From Negativicutes bacterium (GTDB taxonomy: Bacteria > Bacillota > Negativicutes > UBA1444), in NCBI GenBank assembly GCA_963665275.2, contig CAXXIN010000014.1, positions 96,001 through 160,000 of the forward strand: a stretch of DNA of 64,000 nucleotides, in the 5' to 3' direction. The notes under the pieces were generated by a model. The model saw nothing but the letters and a program-made list of their open reading frames with translations. It was not told the DNA's origin and did no database searches. Positions 1-8,406 of the stretch are shown here, one piece after another (position 1 is the stretch's first letter; the number at the start of each line of letters is the position of its first letter). The position numbers were made by a program, and so were the translations under genes.

Positions 1-313
1 CTAAAGGCGCGACATGTTTGGCGGTGGCCAGTAATCGATCAAAACTTCGTTGGCGCAAATTTTGACGGCAGTATATGCGTAAGTACTCGGGAATCCATAC
101 ACCTAGGGTAATGGCTGAAGTGGATATAAATGCTCCCTTGGCCATGTTGTGCAATTGTTCGTGAAGCCAATCGTGAGCATGCTTTTGCCCGGTTTCGGAG
201 TCGGGGAATCTCTTTGACATACGATCACCACCGGGGGTGGTGATTTGGGCGCGGTAACCGCGTCCTTTTTCATAGTATACAGAGCCGGTATTGTTTAGGC
301 GTTTTTTGGGCAT
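1..313 (-). CDS. Tyrosine recombinase/integrase, N-terminal part (runs off the window)
   Basis: Not in the ORF track. My translation: MPKKRLNNTGSVYYEKGRGYRAQITTPGGDRMSKRF...TLGVWIPEYLRIYCRQNLRQRSFDRL, resembling arm-binding plus SAM-like integrase N-termini; GGAGG RBS before the ATG at 313. Confidence 0.8.
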   Translation of the reverse strand, partial: MPKKRLNNTGSVYYEKGRGYRAQITTPGGDRMSKRFPDSETGQKHAHDWLHEQLHNMAKGAFISTSAITLGVWIPEYLRIYCRQNLRQRSFDRLLATAKHVAPL

Positions 314-328
314 AGGTCCTCCGCAAAG

Positions 329-988
329 TTAATAATTTGCCAAAAACTTAATTTTTTCTTCTGATGGCCAGTTCAAGTAATTTGCAATGAAATCCTCGTG
401 TCCGCTAGGATATTCTTTTAAGGCAATACTACCGTCATCACCCAAACACATTTTTTTGTAGCGACTCATGACCGTCCATGCGTCTTTAACGGACACAATA
501 ATATCAGTACGGTGGAGACCAGTCTCTAATTTTGATATTTCATAGCCAAGATTAAAGAATGTGTTAATTAGACTAACAAATCCCAAAAACTCGAAGCTTC
601 CTAAGGAGGTTTGAGTTTTTTCTATCAAATCTCCTTCCGCATCATGGACAAAGAAAAAGGGTGTCCCGGGATGCATCGGAAAATAGCCAAAAGAATACCT
701 AAACGAGCCTTCTACTACAGTGCCGTTGCTTGAGCGCAGATTGCGATATTGCATCATCCCGTCTGGCTCAGAAAAAAGGCGCGATTTGCGCCCGACAAGA
801 TAGTCTAAAGACACATTGAAAAAATTGGCAAGAGTGATAATAACATCTAACGGCGGTAATCGAATAGCGGTTTCCCAATGGCCGACTCCTTGCTTCGAGT
901 GCGAAAGTATGTTGCCAAGTTGTTCAAGCGTTAGATTGCGCTCTAACCGAAGCTCCTTTAGACGTTTGCCGAAAATATTTTGTGACAC
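329..988 (-). CDS. XRE-family HTH repressor with C-terminal extension
   Basis: FGKRLKELRLERNLTLEQLG...WET...LANFFNVSLDYLVGR is a classic Cro/C1 HTH; co-oriented with the integrase. Confidence 0.85.
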   Translation of the reverse strand: MSQNIFGKRLKELRLERNLTLEQLGNILSHSKQGVGHWETAIRLPPLDVIITLANFFNVSLDYLVGRKSRLFSEPDGMMQYRNLRSSNGTVVEGSFRYSFGYFPMHPGTPFFFVHDAEGDLIEKTQTSLGSFEFLGFVSLINTFFNLGYEISKLETGLHRTDIIVSVKDAWTVMSRYKKMCLGDDGSIALKEYPSGHEDFIANYLNWPSEEKIKFLANY

Positions 989-1003
989 ACAAAATCCTCC
1001 CTA

Positions 1004-1060
1004 TTGACCGTCTACCAATTGTAGACTATTATATAGGCAAGTGGTCTACAAAATGTAGAC
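1004..1060 (+). promoter_or_regulatory. Genetic switch: sigma70 promoter with two palindromic operators
   Basis: TTGACC(1004-1009)-17 bp-TATTAT(1027-1032); operators GTCTAC-N5-GTAGAC at 1010-1026 and 1044-1060. Confidence 0.8.
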
Positions 1061-1084
1061 AATAATGATTCGGGGGCAATAATT

Positions 1085-1276
1085 ATGAAGAGAATTAGAC
1101 TGATTGCTGCAAGAAAAAAACAAAAAATGACCCAAAAGCAAGTTGCACTTGCAATTGGACTAAAAACACGGCAAGCCTATTCACATATTGAGCTTGGGCG
1201 AAGAGGTACTTCTGTGCAAAAATGGGATGCGGTCGAAGATCTTTTTGGGATCGATCAGCGCATTTTACGCAAATGA
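1085..1276 (+). CDS. Cro-like small XRE HTH regulator
   Basis: 63 aa, MTQKQVALAIGLKTRQAYSHIELG HTH, divergent from the repressor. Confidence 0.85.
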   Translation: MKRIRLIAARKKQKMTQKQVALAIGLKTRQAYSHIELGRRGTSVQKWDAVEDLFGIDQRILRK

Positions 1277-1332
1277 TTAATTAGAGATTATCACATTGTG
1301 CTTAGAAAACATAGGTTTTGAGGTGATTTTGA

Positions 1333-1665
1333 TTGGATACAACAGATGCCCATACTCCTGCTTTTGCGTTTCCAGCTAAATTTGCGAAAATAACTGGTTT
1401 GTCTGCGAAAGAAGTGCGGCGGCTGTGTTTACAAAAAGTTCTACCCAACGAAAAGACGCGAAAAGGCTTTCGAATTGATGTAGAGGCGGGCTTGATAGTT
1501 TTGCATGAACGTGCAGCAGGATTTGTCGGACATGATTGGCGATATAACCAACGAGATATCCCTTCGAGTCCACAGTATAAGAAGAAACAGAAAACAAAAG
1601 TGGCAGACGGGTTCATTACTGCACTTAATGCATTAAAAGGTGGTAATGATCATGGAAGAAATTAA
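1333..1665 (+). CDS. Excisionase-like DNA-binding protein
   Basis: FAKITGLSAKEVRRLC...KGFRIDVE resembles winged-HTH Xis; position after cro; GAGGTG RBS. Confidence 0.6.
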   Translation: MDTTDAHTPAFAFPAKFAKITGLSAKEVRRLCLQKVLPNEKTRKGFRIDVEAGLIVLHERAAGFVGHDWRYNQRDIPSSPQYKKKQKTKVADGFITALNALKGGNDHGRN

Positions 1666-2464
1666 ATGGATCAAAATTACGACTGGTGTATTTGATAACC
1701 GAAAAATCAAACAAATTGATGCCCTTCCAGATTCAGATTCGATATTGGTCATTTGGTTTAAATTGTTGTGTCTGGCCGGTACCGTAAATGAGCGTGGATA
1801 CTTACTTATGACAGATAACATAGCGTATACGGATGAAATGTTGGCTGGCGAATTTAAACGCTCCTTGAACACCGTGCGGTTTGCTCTTCTAACATTTCAA
1901 AAATTTGGGATGATTGAACTTGATGTCGCTCCCCAAGACCAAAAAGTTATTCGTGTGAAAAACTGGGAAAAGTATCAAAGTGTTGACGGGATGGAGAAAG
2001 TAAAAATGCAATCCCGAGGCCGTTCAAAAAAATATAGAGACACGCAAAAGTTATTATTGTTGGAAGCCAAAGGAAGTAATGACCGTCACGTGACGCGTGA
2101 TGTGACGCATCACGATGAAATCACGTCACGTCACCCAACAGAGAGAGAGAAAGAGGAAGAGAAAGATACTACTCTCTCTATTACAGATGAAACTGTGGAT
2201 AAGTTGATAGAAACATTGCGAAACAATGAAATAAAAGTTATCAATGAACGAGACCTCAAGACGATCAAGGAATGGCTGTATATTTATAAAATTGAGCAAA
2301 TCGAGAATGCCATTGCCCAAAGCCGGGAAAGTGGTGCGGAGTATATCTCATCCGTTGATAAAAAATTAAAAGGGAGCGCTGTGGATGGAATCAAAAGACA
2401 AAAACAAAGACATGGAACAGCTCTTTGCAAGAATCCTAACCCGGACTACACACAATCTCTCTAA
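1640..2464 (+). CDS. Phage replisome organiser / replication initiator
   Basis: WIKITTGVFDNRKIKQI...IWFKLLCLAG...NWEKYQ N-terminal domain typical of phage replisome organisers. Confidence 0.85.
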   Translation: MVMIMEEIKWIKITTGVFDNRKIKQIDALPDSDSILVIWFKLLCLAGTVNERGYLLMTDNIAYTDEMLAGEFKRSLNTVRFALLTFQKFGMIELDVAPQDQKVIRVKNWEKYQSVDGMEKVKMQSRGRSKKYRDTQKLLLLEAKGSNDRHVTRDVTHHDEITSRHPTEREKEEEKDTTLSITDETVDKLIETLRNNEIKVINERDLKTIKEWLYIYKIEQIENAIAQSRESGAEYISSVDKKLKGSAVDGIKRQKQRHGTALCKNPNPDYTQSL

Positions 2465-3443
2465 TGAAGTCGCGGAAACTATAGTTTCGCAAGAAGAGAA
2501 AGAATGGTTACGAAAATTGGAAAGAGCCGGAGTGCAAAAGCGCTATCAAGGATGCACGATCGACAAACTTTTTGAAAAAAAGGTTTCAACACAAATTAAT
2601 GATTCCATAGCTCCCAAAACTGGTGTGTTAATAAACAAGTGGGCAATTGCTAGCAAGCAAGAACTTGAGCGAATTGAGAGGCGGTATACTGCAGGCAGAA
2701 TAGTTGAACTGCGAGCAAAGTCCATCGCCGGGAACTTCGATTTATTCCACCTGCAAAAAATACATAAGCAAATCTTTCAGGATATATATGCATGGGCAGG
2801 AAAAATCCGTAGGGTGAACATCTCCAAGGGGGACGTGTTTTGCCTGCCGGAGCATATTGAGGGAGCCTCAGGCGACATCTTTCGAAAGCTAGACCGGCAA
2901 AACCACCTGAAAGAATTAAACGAGGCGGATTTTGCTGCCAAGGCAGGTGAACTGCTTTCCGACCTGAACCACCTTCACCCCTTCCGGGAAGGCAACGGTC
3001 GATCGCAGCGAGAATTTATCAGCCAGCTGGCTGAAGAAAACGGATATCATCTTGATTGGGAGAAGATATCCAAGGAGCGAATGATCGAAGCATCCATTGA
3101 AGGCATGCGGGCCAAAGACGACAAGCTGAAGGTAATATTCCGAGAAATCATTTCTCAGGCAACGAATCAAGAATCCAGATATGTAGGGCAGCAGGTCCGG
3201 CCAACGAAAGGAAAAACAATAATGCGTGAATCAATAGCGGAATCCGTGCGGCAGGCAATAGCTAGTCTGCGCATGGAGGGATTGGATCTTGCGCCAGAAG
3301 AAATCGCCGACCTTGAGCGTGTTGCAAGAGGTGAAAATCTTATTGAGCAACATATTGCGGATCTCAATGCATGGGTTAAACTACGTCGGACCGAACACCC
3401 TGAACTGTGTACTGCGAGAAACCGGAGAAATGATGAAAAATAA
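2385..3443 (+). CDS. Fic-domain AMPylase, chimeric (DnaC-like N-terminal remnant + Fic + VbhA-like C-terminus)
   Basis: Canonical HPFREGNGRSQR Fic motif; C-terminal AIASLRMEG inhibitory-helix-like motif. Confidence 0.8.
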   Translation: MESKDKNKDMEQLFARILTRTTHNLSNEVAETIVSQEEKEWLRKLERAGVQKRYQGCTIDKLFEKKVSTQINDSIAPKTGVLINKWAIASKQELERIERRYTAGRIVELRAKSIAGNFDLFHLQKIHKQIFQDIYAWAGKIRRVNISKGDVFCLPEHIEGASGDIFRKLDRQNHLKELNEADFAAKAGELLSDLNHLHPFREGNGRSQREFISQLAEENGYHLDWEKISKERMIEASIEGMRAKDDKLKVIFREIISQATNQESRYVGQQVRPTKGKTIMRESIAESVRQAIASLRMEGLDLAPEEIADLERVARGENLIEQHIADLNAWVKLRRTEHPELCTARNRRNDEK

Positions 3444-4020
3444 CCCTAACCCGTCACTTATCTTGCCCATGCCAGGAAAAAATAACCAATGCGTAAAGAA
3501 ATATTTGGTACAAATGCGTAAAATCCCCGCACCACTGGTCAGCGAGGTGATCCGACAAGGCAAAGTATATGAAGATCAGCACAAACGCTGCATTTTTGTG
3601 TCACACGACCCAGACGGCAACCCGATGGGGGCTTATATACGCGGCACATACCATGTGCTCGATAAAATCGTCAACAGCGCCAAGGGTCATGATGGCACAT
3701 GGGGATGGCGAATCGGCGATCTAGAATACCGCGCCAAGTTGATAGTCGTTGAGAGCCCTATCGACGCCATGAGCTACAAAGTGCTTTTTAATCCCAAAGC
3801 GATCATTTTAGCCATCGGTGGGCTAAACCTCAAATGTCTAAAGACTGTGGCTGCCTGGCTGCAGCCGGAATATATTACCGTGGCTGTGGATAATGACCCG
3901 GCTGGGGTACAATTTCGACAAACTTGTGCCAAACTGTTTCTTGACGCTGCTGTCGAACATCAGGTTCCAAAGTATAAGGACTGGAACGAGGATTTGATTA
4001 TGGGCGGGCTGCTGGCTTAA
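3430..4020 (+). CDS. Toprim/primase-like protein (DUF3991+toprim type)
   Basis: VVESPIDAMSY, AVDNDPAG and KDWNEDL toprim motifs; start placed at the ATG after GGAG, in frame with ORF 3289..4020. Confidence 0.8.
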   Translation: MMKNNPNPSLILPMPGKNNQCVKKYLVQMRKIPAPLVSEVIRQGKVYEDQHKRCIFVSHDPDGNPMGAYIRGTYHVLDKIVNSAKGHDGTWGWRIGDLEYRAKLIVVESPIDAMSYKVLFNPKAIILAIGGLNLKCLKTVAAWLQPEYITVAVDNDPAGVQFRQTCAKLFLDAAVEHQVPKYKDWNEDLIMGGLLA

Positions 4021-4348
4021 TTCTGTGCGAGGTTTCGTAATGGGCAAAAACCTTTGTCTTATCGTGTGCAAATAAGTAACAAAATAGTTTATTTCAAACA
4101 AATGGGGAAAGCATGAATTGGAATCAGTTATTATCGGTTTTCAAAGATGCGCAAAGGTTGAAAGATCGGTTCAGCCGACATTCTCGCTCATGGGGCGTGT
4201 TGAAGTCGTCGACGTGGATATCCTGCAGACCGCGACCGGAGAACCGGAGAATAGCGAAGCCGCATAAAAACAGCGAGGCCGCCGAAAGGCGGCCTCGCAT
4301 TGTTCAAACCGGGAGTTGTTTTGGTTGAAGCACTACAGATTAGTTCGG

Positions 4349-4451
4349 CATACCCCACAAATTCGTCGTTTGTTTTGCTTTGTGGGGTATGTTGTATTGG
4401 CTTGCATTCATACCCCACAATGGATATAATTTGATTAACTTGTGGGGTATG
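4349..4451 (+). promoter_or_regulatory. Promoter overlapped by two 12-bp inverted-repeat operators
   Basis: CATACCCCACAA-N19-TTGTGGGGTATG at 4349-4391 and 4409-4451; TTGCAT(4402-4407)-17 bp-TATAAT(4425-4430). Confidence 0.85.
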
Positions 4452-4466
4452 AAGAGGTGAAGGATC

Positions 4467-4802
4467 ATGTCGCAACAACAAAAGGAAAATAAGCCTGTGG
4501 TAATTCACGGAGTGCTGCGCGATGAATATGAACGAATAGGCCGCATGGTGGAAATACACCGGGCGGAAATAGCAAAAATGCCGAAAGGCGTTGTTCGAGA
4601 AAAGCGGGTACAGGGACGTGTTTATCGTTACTTGCACTTTCGCGATTCGGACGGAAAAGTTAAAGATGTTTACATCAAGGGAGGCGATTCCGCAATCGCT
4701 GCAGTGAAGGATCAAGTTGCTCAGCGCAAACAGCGGGAAAGCGCTTTGAAGCAGTTTCGTCGGGAACAAAAAGAGATTGAAAGGATCTTGAAGAAAAAAT
4801 GA
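4467..4802 (+). CDS. Small basic DNA-binding protein, putative antitoxin/autoregulator
   Basis: MPKGVVREKRVQGRVYRYLHFR...VKDVYI beta-rich basic motif; overlaps the next gene (ATGA coupling). Confidence 0.6.
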   Translation: MSQQQKENKPVVIHGVLRDEYERIGRMVEIHRAEIAKMPKGVVREKRVQGRVYRYLHFRDSDGKVKDVYIKGGDSAIAAVKDQVAQRKQRESALKQFRREQKEIERILKKK

Positions 4803-5494
4803 TTTCTGTTGCGCAAAAAGCTTCTTTCCACGAAATATTAACGATTCTGTCGGAGCATGGGCTGCTGGATCATCTTATATTGATTGGTAGTTGGGCCGAA
4901 TTCATTTATGAGGCATCCGGAACTCTCGGTACCTTTGAAGCAAATCTGCGTACTCGTGACTATGATTTTTTTGTTCCCAATGCAGCCAGGCCATCGCCGC
5001 CGGTTAATTTGAAAGAGATTCTGAGTTCGCATGGATGGATTGCGATGGATGATCCCATGACGGGCGCTACAAAATTTCTCAAAACAACCGAAACGATGGA
5101 CGTGTTTGAAGTCGAATTTTTGGTTGGAATGCGGGGGAAAGGGTGCGAATCTATTTTTCCGGTAAAATCCTTGGCAATAAAAGGGCAAAGCCTGCGGGAG
5201 CTAAATATGCTGGATGAAGAGCCGCTGGAAATTCAGTATGGGAAGCAGCTTTTGCGAGTGCCGAGCCCGGTTCAATATGTGTTGCACAAGATATTGATTA
5301 ACCCGTCAAGGTTAACTGAAGAAAAGCAACTAAAAGATATCCAGGCGGTTCGGAATCTATTGGACAATATGAGAACCAATGTATGGCGGAGCTCGCTGAA
5401 TAGAGCTTATGGAGTTTTAACCAAAAAACAAAAGAAGGTTATAAAAGAAGTGACGGCTTCACAGGCACTTTATCTGGGGTTTGAGCTCGATTGA
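4799..5494 (+). CDS. Nucleotidyltransferase-fold protein (GSU2403/AbiEii-like), putative toxin
   Basis: LIGSWA...LRTRDYDF (G-S and DxD polymerase-beta motifs), HK and KDI C-terminal motifs. Confidence 0.75.
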   Translation: MISVAQKASFHEILTILSEHGLLDHLILIGSWAEFIYEASGTLGTFEANLRTRDYDFFVPNAARPSPPVNLKEILSSHGWIAMDDPMTGATKFLKTTETMDVFEVEFLVGMRGKGCESIFPVKSLAIKGQSLRELNMLDEEPLEIQYGKQLLRVPSPVQYVLHKILINPSRLTEEKQLKDIQAVRNLLDNMRTNVWRSSLNRAYGVLTKKQKKVIKEVTASQALYLGFELD

Positions 5495-5566
5495 TTCATT
5501 TGGCAGACTGTTTTTTCTGTGCCATTCATTTAGGAAGTGGAAATTTATAATTGTGGAGGGAGATAG

Positions 5567-6343
5567 ATGGGGGAAAAAGATTTTTCCGCATTAAATTCAT
5601 CGGATACAATGGACGACATGAGTAAAATATGGAGATACATGGATATGGCAAAGTTCGTCTCCATGCTGTTAGAAGAAGCGCTATATTTTGCATGTCCCTG
5701 TGAATTTGTCGACCCGTATGAAGGTTATCTCCCTAAAAGCTATATGGAAAATTTAAAGCAAAAGAGAGAATGGGATTTAGACTTTATGCGCCACTCGGCG
5801 GCATGGGATAACGATGAAAACCTTCGGAACGAATATGCCAAACTGCAAAATGACCTTGAAGAGAATCTGAATAGAGCGCCTTTTGAGGCAGCATGTAAAT
5901 TTGGAGTGAACTGTTGGCATGCAAGCGAGTATGAATCAGAAGCAATGTGGAAAATGTATTCATCGTATGGGATAGCTATAGAGTCAACAATTGGACAGTT
6001 AAGAAATTCGATACTCAACAAAGAACATTTAAGAATTGCCAATGTTAGATATGCAGATTTTGAAAAAGACCAAATTGAACAAGGGCATAGACACTATGCG
6101 CTATTTATGAAAAGAAAGTCTTTTGAACATGAAAAAGAACTGCGCGCAACGGTGCTGCTCGAAAAAGAAAAACAAGGCGTTCTTATGAAATGTGATTTAG
6201 ATACTTTGATCACCAGAATTCACATATCTCCTTTCGACAAGCCATATTTTAAAAAGATCATAGAAAATCTCTGTTCCGGAAAACTAAGCAATATTCGGAA
6301 GCCCGTTATTCAATCAACATTATTCGATAAACCTTATTTATAG
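5567..6343 (+). CDS. DUF2971-like protein
   Basis: IWRYMDMAKF...DPYEG, NCWH...ESEAMWKMY, KRKSFEHEKELR motifs. Confidence 0.7.
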   Translation: MGEKDFSALNSSDTMDDMSKIWRYMDMAKFVSMLLEEALYFACPCEFVDPYEGYLPKSYMENLKQKREWDLDFMRHSAAWDNDENLRNEYAKLQNDLEENLNRAPFEAACKFGVNCWHASEYESEAMWKMYSSYGIAIESTIGQLRNSILNKEHLRIANVRYADFEKDQIEQGHRHYALFMKRKSFEHEKELRATVLLEKEKQGVLMKCDLDTLITRIHISPFDKPYFKKIIENLCSGKLSNIRKPVIQSTLFDKPYL

Positions 6344-6474
6344 GCGACTGGCATGCTTACAGAGTCGGATTGCCATTTGTGGCAGTATTTCTCTTAAGCC
6401 GATGTGCATAATGTCTCTGGAAGACAGTTTATATATTTCCTTCGAAAAAGGGCACGTTTTTACATGAAGGCTCT

Positions 6475-6547
6475 GTTCGCAAAAGTATACTTTTGCGAAC
6501 GGAGGAAAAGTGCGTTCGTAAATGCTTTATAAAATGGTTTACGAACG
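6475..6547. repeat. Paired palindromes sharing the GTTCGYAAA half-site (res-site-like or RNA hairpins)
   Basis: Perfect 26-bp palindrome GTTCGCAAAAGTATACTTTTGCGAAC (6475-6500) and CGTTCGTAAA-N15-TTTACGAACG (6513-6547). Confidence 0.85.
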
Positions 6548-6811
6548 TTCGCGGTGAGTCATGGACATTTATGGGCGGAAGATAGTGCTCATATCATTTT
6601 CTTGCCCAAATTAATAGCTGGCTTGAATCCGTGGGGTATTTCAAGGGGGTGATGCTTGTAAGGAGGATTCTGTAGAAACAAGAGGAATAATGACTAACAT
6701 AGCTGATTGATTTGGTGTGCAAGCCTTACATATAGAGACAGTCAGAAACGGATTTTAAAACTTGCATTTTGCTTTGTAACAAGTGCAATAAATATGAAGT
6801 GAGGCAATCAG

Positions 6812-8353
6812 GTGAAAATTGGTGCTGAATCCATAAAATGGGCATTAAATCATTTGTCAACCATTGGTGATTCCGATTTATTCCCCATACCAATAGAATT
6901 TGAAGCTATAGTAGGTCAAGGTGAGACAGCCATTAATTTTCTGTCTGACCTTGATCTTAATCAAGTTAATCCAGGATCATCTAGACGCTTTATCGTTCCT
7001 AAAGATGAATTATCATACCGAGTTGCCACGCAACTAGACCCATTAGATAGCATTTTCTTAGCTGCAATAATGCATCAATTTGGAGCTGAAATTGAGAGCA
7101 AACGGAGACCGGTGGGGGAAAACAAAGTTTTTAGCTATAGATTTGCGCCAGATTCCAGTGGAAACTTTTATGATAAGAAATTTTCATGGAATGAGTTTTG
7201 GTTAAATTGCTTTGAAAAATCCAAGTCTTTTGAATACGCACTTGTTTTGGATATTTCCGATTTCTATAACCAGATTTATCACCATACTTTAGAGAATCAG
7301 CTTGTTGAATGTGGCTTGCCAAATCCGGCAATCAAATGGATCCTTGCCTTATCGGAAAGTATAACGGCAAAAACGTCTAGAGGAATTCCGGTTGGTCCGC
7401 ACTCTGCTCATTTGTTAGCTGAAATTTCCTTAAAACCAGTTGATAATAGCTTGGTCACTCGAGGAATTGAATTTTGTCGCTTTGTTGACGATATTATTGT
7501 TTTTTGCAATTCAGCAACCGAAGCGAGAATCGATATTTTGACAATAGCGGATGTTTTAGATAAGCAGCAACGCCTTATTTTGCAGCGGCAGAAAACAAAA
7601 ATTCTTGATAAAAAAAGTTTTCAGAAATACTGTATAGAAATGGTTGAAGATCGACCCATTAATGATTTAGAGACCAATCTGTTAAAAATTATTCGTAAGC
7701 ACTCAGGGGGCAACCCATATGGCATAGTCTATTTGAATCAGCTTTCACCGGAGGAACTTAGCTCATTTAGTGAGAACTCAATAACAAAAATATTTAACGA
7801 CTATCTAGCACAAAATGAACCAGATTATACGCGCCTTCGCTGGTTTATCCGAAGACTTTCCCAAGCTGGTCATCCTGGCGCGGTAAATTATTGCGTCGAT
7901 AATATTCATAAGTTAATGCCTGCTTTGAGTGACATCTGTCAATATTTTGTTTCAGTAAGTAATTTCAATACATCAGAATGGCCTATATTGGGCGAGAAAA
8001 TACTAAGCTTGATTGAGGATCCAATAATTCAAGCAAATGAATATTACCAGCTTTCAATCTATTCCCTATTTAATCGAAAGCTCGAACTTAACCACTTCGG
8101 GAAAATGCTTAAGAATTATCAAGCAAACCCCTCAAACTTAAAACGAGAAACCATTATTGCAGCTTTCAAGTACGATGCAGCAGATTGGCTGAGAGAATTG
8201 AAAGAACATTATCAAGGGATGGATCGTTGGATGCAAAGAGCATTCATTGTTGCATGTTCAAAATTGCCCAAGGAGGAAAAGAGGTTTTTTTTAGGCAATG
8301 TTACTAAGAATGATCCGCTGGACGAGATACTCATCAAGTGGGCTAAGGGATAG
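6812..8353 (+). CDS. Reverse transcriptase, UG/Abi (DRT-like) type with C-terminal helical domain
   Basis: RT motifs VPK..SYR, LDISDFYNQI, GIPVGPHSAHLLAE, catalytic RFVDDI, KT; N-terminal DSDLFP; about 230-aa helical C-terminus; GTG start. Confidence 0.9.
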   Translation: MKIGAESIKWALNHLSTIGDSDLFPIPIEFEAIVGQGETAINFLSDLDLNQVNPGSSRRFIVPKDELSYRVATQLDPLDSIFLAAIMHQFGAEIESKRRPVGENKVFSYRFAPDSSGNFYDKKFSWNEFWLNCFEKSKSFEYALVLDISDFYNQIYHHTLENQLVECGLPNPAIKWILALSESITAKTSRGIPVGPHSAHLLAEISLKPVDNSLVTRGIEFCRFVDDIIVFCNSATEARIDILTIADVLDKQQRLILQRQKTKILDKKSFQKYCIEMVEDRPINDLETNLLKIIRKHSGGNPYGIVYLNQLSPEELSSFSENSITKIFNDYLAQNEPDYTRLRWFIRRLSQAGHPGAVNYCVDNIHKLMPALSDICQYFVSVSNFNTSEWPILGEKILSLIEDPIIQANEYYQLSIYSLFNRKLELNHFGKMLKNYQANPSNLKRETIIAAFKYDAADWLRELKEHYQGMDRWMQRAFIVACSKLPKEEKRFFLGNVTKNDPLDEILIKWAKG

Positions 8354-8406
8354 CAAGACTTTAATCATTCGTAATAATGATTCCATACGGATAATCTCAG
8401 GAGGTT

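Noticed and set aside
4113-4328. 71-aa ORF as a real gene
   Set aside because: No recognisable motif; may be a remnant and cannot be supported
4349-4451. Mini CRISPR array (60-bp periodicity)
   Set aside because: Only two units, made of inverted 12-mers overlapping a promoter; no cas genes; better explained as operators
6812-8353. Group II intron, retron, DGR or CRISPR-associated RT
   Set aside because: No YADD/maturase domain or intron domain V seen, no retron VTG motif, no TR/VR repeat pair noticed, no cas1
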